DNA of 64,000 nucleotides from a virus. Location: positions 44,231 to 108,230 of the IMG/VR virus record IMGVR_UViG_3300025096_000006, one strand, 5' to 3'. Positions 17,165-26,802 of the stretch are shown piece after piece. The first letter of the stretch is position 1; every line of letters begins with the position of its first letter. A program made the position numbers and the translations under genes. The notes beneath the pieces are model-generated. The model saw nothing but the letters and a program-made list of their open reading frames with translations, was not told where the DNA came from and did no database searches.

Positions 17165-20100
17165 TAATAACCTTTTCCCTTTCTTTTAGGGCTTCGTTTA
17201 ATTTTGGAGTCCAGGTCTGGAGGGTCACCTGCCAGCCCTTCTACGCGGGAGGCAAAATCATTTTTCTTTTCTTGCCATTCGGTATTGCGCTTAGAACCAA
17301 AACTACTTGGCATCCCATTCGTCAGTTCTTCTACGCGGGAGGCAAAATCTAGATCTGTGATTTCTGCTCTAATGGGACCTGACCCCATTATTGGATTTTT
17401 TTCATCAGCGCCAGAAAAAGTTGGACCTATAAGTTCAACAAGCTCAGGATCTCTATATAAAACTTCTGCATCTACTTTAATCAATTCAACAAAAGACAAG
17501 TAATCATAAGGCCAATTATACATTATCTTATATCCTTCAGAATCCTCGTTAAAAGTAAATAGATCTTTTGTTGATTCCCCAAGCTGTGCGGTGATTAAAT
17601 CAGAATAGTCAACTTGAGATTTCTGCTTGACTTTGAACACCATCCATCGCAGATTTTCACTTTCGCAAAGATCATCTGCAGACAATAACTCGTTAATGTC
17701 CAAAGTGTGGGCAATTGATTGATGCTGGCTTGTTATTTTTTTATAATCTCTAGGTGCTAAATTTTGCCACATGTAAGATAAATCGTCTTTATCAAATTCA
17801 TATTCAAATTCAAAAATATACATAACTAAAGGATCAGTATCTGGATTATTTATAAAATCAAATTGTGGCGGTAAAACATAGCGCTGCATTTTTTGAATCA
17901 TTTTTCTTATAGAAACTCCAGCAGCTGATAATGAGTCACCTAAAGCCGTTCCTGATTGTGCCAGCGCTGCCTCAACTCTTATCTGAGGGATTTCAAAAAA
18001 TCTTTTTCTTGTGGTAGCAAATTCGCCGCACTTGTCTTTCTTTGATACATCTACACTTTCTATAGTATATGGAACTGCCACTATCGCCTCTCTAATAATT
18101 AAACTTTCACGCAATTCTCCCAATCTTTTTGTTGTCTCTTTAGTCTCGAATCCCATTAAATCAGTTAAAGATTGCATTGTTCGGTGAAGTTTTAAGCCAG
18201 TATCGGCTGCATCAGAATTATTATAAACAGTATTATTATTGACAACATCATAATGAAACTTTAATGTTTCAATAGGAATATCTCCAATTTCCATAAAAAT
18301 TCCTGTAGAAGAATCTGTTGGCAGCAATCCAAATTGGTGCCACATTCCGCGCGGGACAGACCCTGACGCAAATATTGGTAGTGTTGGGTCGACAGCTCGA
18401 ACTGTATTGTCCGCAAAATTCATCATTGGAGTTTCAAATTTAGGTTGAATGACCCAGCGCTGTCCTGCGGTTGTATTTTCAATCATTTCTGGGTTGCCTA
18501 GCTCGTCTTTTCTTTGTGTCAATATTCTTTCAACGCCTAATAAGTTTAAGCTAGCGCTAATTTGCATTGCATTGCTGTTAATATTATAGCCAGAATAAGG
18601 ACGTGTTTTACTCTGGGCGTCTGCCGCATATGGAAGCGCGGAAATTAATATTGGTCCGTGAGAGTTTGGAGCTGTTGATGCTGTTATAAATCCGGGATCA
18701 GCTCTCCAATAAACCATATTTATTTCTGATAATATGGTTTCTAGATCGTAGCTTCTTGTGTGAGATGGTCTGAAAACAATATCGCACCATGCCTCACCAT
18801 TGGTATATGGAGGAGTATATGCCCAATTAAATCCATTTATACTGTCCATGGGCGCCGTATTTAACGCATAACTAGTAGCTGCAACGCCTTCTGCAGGTCT
18901 TCCTGAAAACGGAGGACCAAATGCGGTTGGTCTTGAATACATTGTAAAGGTTTCTCTAAATCCGTCTTCATTCTGTCTAGGATCTTGTGGTATTGGAAAC
19001 TCTGCTTTTTGAAAAGCCGAAGCACTATAGAGCTGGGCTCCAAATACCCCATACCCAGTATTATCACCCATACTGCTTGATTCATCTTGATAAGTTCGGG
19101 GTCCGGTGTGACTTCTTCTCAATTTAATTCTCGCGCCGTATACACTTCCCGCTTTAAAATTCAAGTCATCGGTAATTATACCTGATTTTAGTTGCGTATA
19201 ATTTGACTCTTTTAAGAAAAAATTACCAACTTCGCCTAAAAAGTTACTAACCATTAGAGAATATGTCTCATCAGCTGGAGCACCACAAGAAGAAGAGGCA
19301 TATAAAGAAGCTGATAAATGTGGCTCCATGTCAATTGGTCGCACCTTGCTAAGATATTTATCAGGCTTAAGGATTGCCTCAAATGGCACTCTTAAATCAA
19401 AAAGTTCGCCACCTTGATAACCAGTAGCAGCCTTGCGATCAACTTGAAAAGTGCCACTAACTGCTGTTAGCATCCAGTTTCCTGGGGTAGCTCCAGGGTT
19501 ATCTACTCCATAAAAAGAAGCACTTAGTTTAAGAGGATCTGTTATTATAGGATAATCAACGGCTAGTCCCGACTTAATAGAGTTAAAAAGAATTCCTGGC
19601 GAGTATAGCGTCTGCATTAAAGGTCTTAATAGTCCACCATGGCTTTCTACAAGAGTTTTTCCATAATATGGGAAAACATTTGCCCCTATAGCCGAAGCGC
19701 CAACCAAGCCATTGCCGTAAGATTTAGAAAATTGACTTACTATATCTATTGTTCGCTGAGCTGGATAGAAACCTTTGTACGGATTAAATCTTATAGCTGC
19801 ACTAACTGTCAATCTTATTTCATGAGGCTGTAGTAAAGTGTCTTCTTTAATGTTCATAAAGTCGCGTAAGAATTCTGAATTTGAATAATCTTTATAGAAA
19901 GATTGAGTGACGCTAGATATGTTAGTACCGGGAATTTCAAATGTATTTTGCTTTCCTCTATTGTTTAATCCAACTTCAATATAGTCTTGAACATGCTCAC
20001 TTATTCTAAATTCTGGCACAATTACATGATCTTTGAATATTTTATTTAGCTCAAATTTAAAATCGTTGTACTCATCAAACCATGGCTCGGATGACTTAGA

Positions 20101-23100
20101 TACGAAAACAATTGTTGAACCAGATTTTTCTAAAATACCGGCTTCAGATCCCGCTTCCCATAAAGCCTCGCCGCCAAATATATCAATTTGAGTTTTTGGA
20201 TGAAATGGCGATACGGGACCATACGGCTTAAGACTTCCAGTAGCCGATATAAGCGGACCAGTTGGCGCCACAACAGAATAAGGCGAACTTAATCCGTGCT
20301 TACGTGAATATAAGCCAGCTGGCACTAGGTTTCGTGGAGCTGCAGCATTTCCTTGCGATACACCATTGTGAAAGTGAAAATAGTTATTTTGAAGCTCGCC
20401 GGCACCACCGGACGCTATTAGATCGTCTAAAGATGTGGCATGAGCTGCTGGTGCTTTCGTTCTTGTTAGAAAATCACATTGTGGATCAAGCACCCAACAA
20501 CTTTGAGAAATTGATCTATTAACATTAAATGAAGTTTTTAGTGCATTTCCTACCGTGCATCTTTCGTCTCTAGAGTCTCTCCAGAACAAATTGTCATAAT
20601 CCGTTCTCGATCGAGATGAAGAAATCATTTCTCTTCGGGCTGACGGGAATATATTTTCCGAGTACACAACCCAGTTTAAGTTATACATGCTATTGTTTTT
20701 AGCTATTGTGGTAATATAATCTAGCGGTGTCGAAATTATAGACAAGTCCATCATAATTTTATTATTTAAAGCGGTTTCATTAAAATAGATTTTTTCATTA
20801 TTATGAGTAACTTGAAGCGTTGTATCGTCCCTATCAACATTAAAATTGATTTTAGCTGGTCGACCTCGAAACGATACTGGGGGTAAATCATATTTTGTAA
20901 TAGTTCTATTACTGTTTACTATAGAAAGCTGATTTTTTTGATGTTCATCGGCTATAATTGGGTGATAAGTTGGATGTAGTCTTCTCCAGTTCCATCCAAA
21001 AACATCTTTTCTTCTTGTTAGCAGCAGATTAAAATAATCTGTACTGCCCGAAATAAATCCACCCATCTGCATTTCACTAAGAATATCATTATTTATGTAA
21101 GAAGTATTCGGTGCATCGAAACTAAATCCAAGAACATTATCCTCACCAGAGCCAGTTAAAGAATCCAACGTTAATGTGTTGAGTCTTTCAGTAGGCTGAT
21201 AAAAACTCCGAGTTAATTCCGGAACAACCGAACTTGCGCTAACCCAAGCGCCATCATAATATGACACGTAGCCGCTAGAGCTTGAAAAAAGACCAACATT
21301 ATGACCATACATGGGGGCGTGTCCATAATATCTAAATTGACTTGATGAAATTAAACTGTTTCCTATCCAGGAATATTGCTTATCTGATCTTGGTATAGGG
21401 TTTCCTATAAAATAATTGTCATGTAGCGATTTAGTAACAACAGCCAGAGTTGAAGGGTCGAATATATCCCCATCGTTAGATATATCTAAAACATATTTTA
21501 CATTTCTTTGATTCTTAAACATGCTCGGAAATTGATCTGTTGAAGCTCCCGGTCCGCCTGCAGTGGTTGCTGGTCCATCAATTTTGGATGTTGTTCCTGT
21601 AATGAATGCAGAATTGCGACCAAATCTAGCAGAATGGCGTGCAAGATGCGATCGCAATCCATAATCTTTACCAACACCAGTAGCCGGATCAATACACACA
21701 TCGGAAACTCTAATTCCTGTTGTGGTTGAGCCAGTAGCTTCCGAAGTGGTACCAGAAGAGCCTTGAGAAGGCTTGATTACTGTAAGGTTTCTATAATTTA
21801 AACTGTTATAGACAGAGTATTCTGAAGCTCTAAAGTCTTGATAGCCATAAGTTTGAGTTTCGATGCCTCCTGGAGCACTAAATCTATTCACAAAAACTGT
21901 TTTGTTTGTAGAGCCGCTTAGAAGATATCCAACACTATACTCTGATACAAGCTGAGTATGACTATCGTCGTCTCTTCGAATATCAAGAATAGAACGGACA
22001 TGTGTTCCTATGGAGCTAGTGGCTGCATCCCAAATTATCTCACTCGGCAAAGAAGGTTGATAATTCATAAATTGTCTTGGGGTCGCAAATGCTCCAAACG
22101 TATTTACCACCTGATAATTTCGTTGATAATTGCCCAGCACAACAAGTCCATCGCCAGTTGAACCGGTATTACATTCTATATTTCTAATATTTACTGGTCG
22201 TTTTGCAACAAAATCTCTATATAGCCAAGCTTTATGCGAGGCTGTCATGGGATATGGAACCACATCCGGCTCATTTGCCTCAGGCCAAGGGTAATCAGCA
22301 GAAGCCATGGCTAAAGCACCGCTATATGCCGGATCTATTACTGGATAATCAGTATAATCGCCCAAAAGAAGTTTCCAAGCCTCTGGACGGTTTGTGTAAT
22401 CGTCACCTCCCGTAAGATTAAATTTAACGTGTCTCGACTGGTGTCCTCCAACCGTCTGATTAGTAAATGGACCCTGCATTGGCTTCTCCATTAGAGAGCC
22501 GTAAGTATCATTATGTAAATTAGTTATCTCAAGGCCATCGCCAATCTGTTGTGTCACGTATCTATTATAGCCAGATTTAACAGAAGAACTCATTAAATTA
22601 AACGGAAAAGCAAAACTTGTTTCTGTGTTGGCATACGTGCCCTCGGCCCAGTTTCGACCTCTGTCGACTCTAAAATATCTTTTTGTTTTTTGCTCTGGCT
22701 TGCTTAAATCATCTAAATGCGTTTCTGCAAGGGCTTCCATTTCAGAAGACCAGCCCACCAAAACATTTTCAGGTATAAATAAACCATCAGATACATCAAC
22801 TGGACCTGCTGGTCTCAAGGCATTATAGGTAAAATCAATATTTTTATTTTGATTAAAGTTAACGCCGCCCTTGACAGAATGAAAACTAGAAGAAAAAACA
22901 GGCTTACTTATACTGACGCTTGCTAACTTTGAAAAATTTCTACGAGCATAAGTTTTAAGTTGATAAGATGCTCCTTCTGATGTATATAATACTGGCAAGC
23001 TTTGACTTAGAGTCGGCGTAGACCATATAATATCTTTAAGCTTTTGCCTCTGTGAATCTAGCGTTGCGTCATCAGATGTTAATTCTGTTGAATTGGCTTT

Positions 23101-26100
23101 CGCTCGCCGACGCCAGAAAAATGAATTAATATTTGTAGCTCTTGGAGAAGATGGCGTTGGAGAATGACCCTTTGGCCAAGGATAGCTGCTTAGCTCTGCG
23201 CCAGCCATGGCTTGGTTTAAGTCAGTTTCCATAAACTCTATAGTTGGAAACTGAGATTGATATTTGTTTCTTTCTAATACATGAGATTCTACAACATTTA
23301 AAATATCCTCAGAAAATCTTGATGAGCCGGGTATTAATTGGGAGATTATTGTTGCTAAAGATTCATCAAACCACTTATAATAATCTAAGAATTTTTCAAC
23401 TTCTTGAACATCAGTAACCTTTCTAAAAAATGTTTCCCTTAGTTTCTCAAGGTCTTTATACCTTGAACGATACCTATGAACTGGGTGCCCTATTGCATTA
23501 TGAAAATCTATAGCACCAGCAAAAAAGTCCAACATTTGCTTGGTGACTGCCCCATAAAAGCTTTTTTCTAAAGACATGTGATAGCTTGGTGCTTCTTCAA
23601 CAATTCCATATACTTTATCGTCGTCTGATAAAATCTTAATCATATCAGAAGAAACCACCTGTTCGGGATGAATAAATTCAAATGTATTAGAATCTTGCTT
23701 AACCTTAACGTTATCAGAGGAAGCTGCAAACCCATAGCCATACCCTGTATGCTGATATCCTCCAATTTTTCCAAGCCAGCCGTAGTTATTTCTTATTTCT
23801 ACAGAGCCGGTGCTGGCATCATTGATATGAAATTGCCCGTCAGCTGCGGAGGCAGTTATGTTTTCAAAATTCCAATTTAAAAATAAATAATTTTGATTAG
23901 TAACATCATATTGAGTATTTGCCTCATCTCTATGTGATGCATTTTCATACGCACCAGATACTCCAATATTATTATAGTCTTTTGCATGAAATAAAATTTC
24001 ACTATCAGTTAAAGATTTACCCCAATATCGCAATCCATTTATTCGAACATCTGAGGAATTTATAAGGGTGCCAGTAATATTTGTTCTTTCTGCTCCAGCA
24101 TATAGTCTTTTAGAGCCTGTTGCAAAATTAATACCAAGACCGGATCCGGTAATTGAAGCAGTCAAAGTAAAAGAATTTAAAACTTCATTAAGCTGTGTAT
24201 TGATTCCCTTAAAAATTAATTTATAATCCAAATCAGGCCCAAAAGAAGAACCTGAAACAAATCCAGTATATGGGTACCCCTTTGGTTCTAATCGAACAGA
24301 AATATTCCACCTATTATTGCCATAAACGTTCTTAAATACACTTGAAGTAAGTTCTGGAAAGGGATAAGGGTGATTTGAAGAAGAGATTCTAAAATATACG
24401 TTTTTGGAATTACTTGACTCCCTTATGGCATGTACTTGGAAATTTGAAGTATCTGGTCCAACTTCTGAATCTCCAAAATTTGTAACCCAAGTAGTTTCAG
24501 TACCAACAAGATGAGCAGAGCTGGCTGTGCCGGCTGTATACATTCCAAAAAGAGAGCAGCTCAAAAAAGAACGATCAATATTACCTATGTTGCGATAAAA
24601 TCTTGGAAACACAATATCTGCTTCAGCGGTAAACCCATATCGATCTTCATATCCGTAGCCATCAAAGCCGGGCTGGACTGAATTAGCAGTCTCTGTCTTT
24701 CCTTCGCCATGGCTTCCAGATATATATCCACGCTGCTCATTGGGACTTGTAGAAACAGCACCATCGACCGCTTGGTATATAACAGCGGAAGTATTATCTT
24801 CATTGTTGAAATTGATTTCTGTTGTTTTTACAAGAGATTGTTTGAGTTTATTAGAAAGAGTATACTCAGTATTTTTTGCATTTGTTCTTAATGAAACTAT
24901 ATCATCGTTCATATAAAAACATCGAAAAACGTTTTTGACCGCTCTTTCTGTGCCCTTCGTTTTGTATATATTTGTTAAGTTATTATATAGATTTACGTAA
25001 ATTAAGTTTTTAATCTCGGTCAAATCTCCTTCAAAAGAGCTTGTTAGTGTTTTATTTAAAAATCTTTCAGTTATTTCAGAATCAACAAGTATTTCAGGAG
25101 TGTATAATCCTAGCGATTGAGGAAGATGTTGCGCAAATGGCATTGGCTTATATGAAGAACTTACATAATTGGCATTTTTAATATTTGACAATTCTGTAAT
25201 TTGTATATGCATTTTGTCAAAATAAGTTCCTACTATGTGCGTCATTTTTCTTAAGTCTGAAAACCACGGATCGGTTTCAGAATTGTTTTCATCCTCTTCG
25301 ATAATCCAAGAGGGCAGCATGCTTAAAATATTTGAATTATTCTGCCTATCGTGATAAGAGCCACTGTTTCGCAAATTGGTTTGTAAAGTGGACACGTCAG
25401 GATGACTAGAATAAATAATTGGATCTAAGTACTCACTTTTAGCATGTCCAGATTCAACCATTGCCGAACCAGTATTCCGAGAAGAGGCGTCATATCCAAC
25501 CCATACGCCATTACAAAGTCTGCCGCCATAGTCTAAAACAGTGTCATCAACAGCCGTATCGCCAGTTATACCCTCATTAAATTTATAATACATGCCAAGG
25601 GTTGTATTAGAAATATCTGTGTTTACACCGCCTCGTATCTGTGTAAACCAATTTAGTCCAATCTCGCGACCAGTTCGGGCGACTTTCCAAAAACGAAATT
25701 CATCAATAGAGGCGCTAAGTTTACCACCACCGGCAATATTGCCTTCTTGTGGCCAAATTTCAGAACTTGGGTTTGGTTGAGACGCAGTTATGAGCGATCC
25801 AAGGCGCCCCATTAAGTCTTTTTGATCTAGCTCATTAAAGTTTTTTGATGATACTTTCTCAATATCATCTAAATGCCCATTAAGGTATAGTTTAATATCA
25901 AAGTCGCTTCCGCTATTCTGTAGAGTAATTGCATAATGATTCCAATCTTGAATACTGGTGAGAGTTGTATTAGTTCCCACTGCTTGCTCATAAACATTAG
26001 TTGAGCCACTCTGAACGGTAACATAAAATGGTGTGGCAGATGAACCCACTGTTCCATCTAAAAATATAGTTATTCTTCCATAATCGTGATCTCCAACTGC

Positions 26101-26802
26101 ACTGTTATTCCATAAGTCAAAAATTACTTCTTTTTCGGTCTGAGTGCTTGTGTTGGCAAAAGCAGCCTTTTTGAGCCAAAACTCAGCTGTAACACCTCTT
26201 TCAAAGTCAGATTTTAAATTTGACTCTCTAGAACCAGATGCCCAATCTGATGGCAAGCCGGCATTGCGATATATATCAGTGTCATAAATATTTGAATATT
26301 GAAACTTGCTACTCATCGGATCAGGGTTTAACGCTGTAAGCGTATCGCCTGATCCAGTTCCAGGTCCGCCTTTAAACTCGATATATTCTTGGCTAGCTGC
26401 ATAGCCATAACCATTGGTTATAGCGCCTGTTTTTGAGCCCCATCCATCAGCGCTAAGCAAGCCGTAGCCATTAGTGCGAGGATAAAGATTATCTAAAATA
26501 TAACGGTCTATGTCTAGTGACTTATTATAGAACTCGTTTATTTCCGCATCAGAACCATCATAAGGATAATAATCGAGAATTCTCTGGACAGCTGAATCAT
26601 AGTACAAATATGCAGAACCAAACTTTGCAAATGTGTTTGGTTTTTTATAATCTATCACTTGAGGAACATGTGTAGATTGCTTTTGTTTTATTGCTCTGAG
26701 ATTTTTAGAAGATTCTATATCCTCAAAAGCATCTTTATTGTTTTTTGGAGACAGGACTTTAGTAGAAGGATCCCGGTTTCCGAAAAGTTTTTTAATACTC
26801 AT
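17164..26802 (-). CDS. giant virion structural protein with LamG/ConA-like domains (baseplate/receptor-binding)
   Basis: 3212 aa; TAEFWLKK, WNHYAIT, LYLNG, SIDEFRFWK and YYKFNEG LamG-type motifs, with a second diverged copy. Confidence 0.75.
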   Translation of the reverse strand: MSIKKLFGNRDPSTKVLSPKNNKDAFEDIESSKNLRAIKQKQSTHVPQVIDYKKPNTFAKFGSAYLYYDSAVQRILDYYPYDGSDAEINEFYNKSLDIDRYILDNLYPRTNGYGLLSADGWGSKTGAITNGYGYAASQEYIEFKGGPGTGSGDTLTALNPDPMSSKFQYSNIYDTDIYRNAGLPSDWASGSRESNLKSDFERGVTAEFWLKKAAFANTSTQTEKEVIFDLWNNSAVGDHDYGRITIFLDGTVGSSATPFYVTVQSGSTNVYEQAVGTNTTLTSIQDWNHYAITLQNSGSDFDIKLYLNGHLDDIEKVSSKNFNELDQKDLMGRLGSLITASQPNPSSEIWPQEGNIAGGGKLSASIDEFRFWKVARTGREIGLNWFTQIRGGVNTDISNTTLGMYYKFNEGITGDTAVDDTVLDYGGRLCNGVWVGYDASSRNTGSAMVESGHAKSEYLDPIIYSSHPDVSTLQTNLRNSGSYHDRQNNSNILSMLPSWIIEEDENNSETDPWFSDLRKMTHIVGTYFDKMHIQITELSNIKNANYVSSSYKPMPFAQHLPQSLGLYTPEILVDSEITERFLNKTLTSSFEGDLTEIKNLIYVNLYNNLTNIYKTKGTERAVKNVFRCFYMNDDIVSLRTNAKNTEYTLSNKLKQSLVKTTEINFNNEDNTSAVIYQAVDGAVSTSPNEQRGYISGSHGEGKTETANSVQPGFDGYGYEDRYGFTAEADIVFPRFYRNIGNIDRSFLSCSLFGMYTAGTASSAHLVGTETTWVTNFGDSEVGPDTSNFQVHAIRESSNSKNVYFRISSSNHPYPFPELTSSVFKNVYGNNRWNISVRLEPKGYPYTGFVSGSSFGPDLDYKLIFKGINTQLNEVLNSFTLTASITGSGLGINFATGSKRLYAGAERTNITGTLINSSDVRINGLRYWGKSLTDSEILFHAKDYNNIGVSGAYENASHRDEANTQYDVTNQNYLFLNWNFENITASAADGQFHINDASTGSVEIRNNYGWLGKIGGYQHTGYGYGFAASSDNVKVKQDSNTFEFIHPEQVVSSDMIKILSDDDKVYGIVEEAPSYHMSLEKSFYGAVTKQMLDFFAGAIDFHNAIGHPVHRYRSRYKDLEKLRETFFRKVTDVQEVEKFLDYYKWFDESLATIISQLIPGSSRFSEDILNVVESHVLERNKYQSQFPTIEFMETDLNQAMAGAELSSYPWPKGHSPTPSSPRATNINSFFWRRRAKANSTELTSDDATLDSQRQKLKDIIWSTPTLSQSLPVLYTSEGASYQLKTYARRNFSKLASVSISKPVFSSSFHSVKGGVNFNQNKNIDFTYNALRPAGPVDVSDGLFIPENVLVGWSSEMEALAETHLDDLSKPEQKTKRYFRVDRGRNWAEGTYANTETSFAFPFNLMSSSVKSGYNRYVTQQIGDGLEITNLHNDTYGSLMEKPMQGPFTNQTVGGHQSRHVKFNLTGGDDYTNRPEAWKLLLGDYTDYPVIDPAYSGALAMASADYPWPEANEPDVVPYPMTASHKAWLYRDFVAKRPVNIRNIECNTGSTGDGLVVLGNYQRNYQVVNTFGAFATPRQFMNYQPSLPSEIIWDAATSSIGTHVRSILDIRRDDDSHTQLVSEYSVGYLLSGSTNKTVFVNRFSAPGGIETQTYGYQDFRASEYSVYNSLNYRNLTVIKPSQGSSGTTSEATGSTTTGIRVSDVCIDPATGVGKDYGLRSHLARHSARFGRNSAFITGTTSKIDGPATTAGGPGASTDQFPSMFKNQRNVKYVLDISNDGDIFDPSTLAVVTKSLHDNYFIGNPIPRSDKQYSWIGNSLISSSQFRYYGHAPMYGHNVGLFSSSSGYVSYYDGAWVSASSVVPELTRSFYQPTERLNTLTLDSLTGSGEDNVLGFSFDAPNTSYINNDILSEMQMGGFISGSTDYFNLLLTRRKDVFGWNWRRLHPTYHPIIADEHQKNQLSIVNSNRTITKYDLPPVSFRGRPAKINFNVDRDDTTLQVTHNNEKIYFNETALNNKIMMDLSIISTPLDYITTIAKNNSMYNLNWVVYSENIFPSARREMISSSRSRTDYDNLFWRDSRDERCTVGNALKTSFNVNRSISQSCWVLDPQCDFLTRTKAPAAHATSLDDLIASGGAGELQNNYFHFHNGVSQGNAAAPRNLVPAGLYSRKHGLSSPYSVVAPTGPLISATGSLKPYGPVSPFHPKTQIDIFGGEALWEAGSEAGILEKSGSTIVFVSKSSEPWFDEYNDFKFELNKIFKDHVIVPEFRISEHVQDYIEVGLNNRGKQNTFEIPGTNISSVTQSFYKDYSNSEFLRDFMNIKEDTLLQPHEIRLTVSAAIRFNPYKGFYPAQRTIDIVSQFSKSYGNGLVGASAIGANVFPYYGKTLVESHGGLLRPLMQTLYSPGILFNSIKSGLAVDYPIITDPLKLSASFYGVDNPGATPGNWMLTAVSGTFQVDRKAATGYQGGELFDLRVPFEAILKPDKYLSKVRPIDMEPHLSASLYASSSCGAPADETYSLMVSNFLGEVGNFFLKESNYTQLKSGIITDDLNFKAGSVYGARIKLRRSHTGPRTYQDESSSMGDNTGYGVFGAQLYSASAFQKAEFPIPQDPRQNEDGFRETFTMYSRPTAFGPPFSGRPAEGVAATSYALNTAPMDSINGFNWAYTPPYTNGEAWCDIVFRPSHTRSYDLETILSEINMVYWRADPGFITASTAPNSHGPILISALPYAADAQSKTRPYSGYNINSNAMQISASLNLLGVERILTQRKDELGNPEMIENTTAGQRWVIQPKFETPMMNFADNTVRAVDPTLPIFASGSVPRGMWHQFGLLPTDSSTGIFMEIGDIPIETLKFHYDVVNNNTVYNNSDAADTGLKLHRTMQSLTDLMGFETKETTKRLGELRESLIIREAIVAVPYTIESVDVSKKDKCGEFATTRKRFFEIPQIRVEAALAQSGTALGDSLSAAGVSIRKMIQKMQRYVLPPQFDFINNPDTDPLVMYIFEFEYEFDKDDLSYMWQNLAPRDYKKITSQHQSIAHTLDINELLSADDLCESENLRWMVFKVKQKSQVDYSDLITAQLGESTKDLFTFNEDSEGYKIMYNWPYDYLSFVELIKVDAEVLYRDPELVELIGPTFSGADEKNPIMGSGPIRAEITDLDFASRVEELTNGMPSSFGSKRNTEWQEKKNDFASRVEGLAGDPPDLDSKIKRSPKRKGKGY
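17238..17349. repeat. 22-nt direct repeat, 90-nt period (DFASRVE x2)
   Basis: cttctacgcgggaggcaaaatc at 17238-17259 and 17328-17349. Confidence 0.9.
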
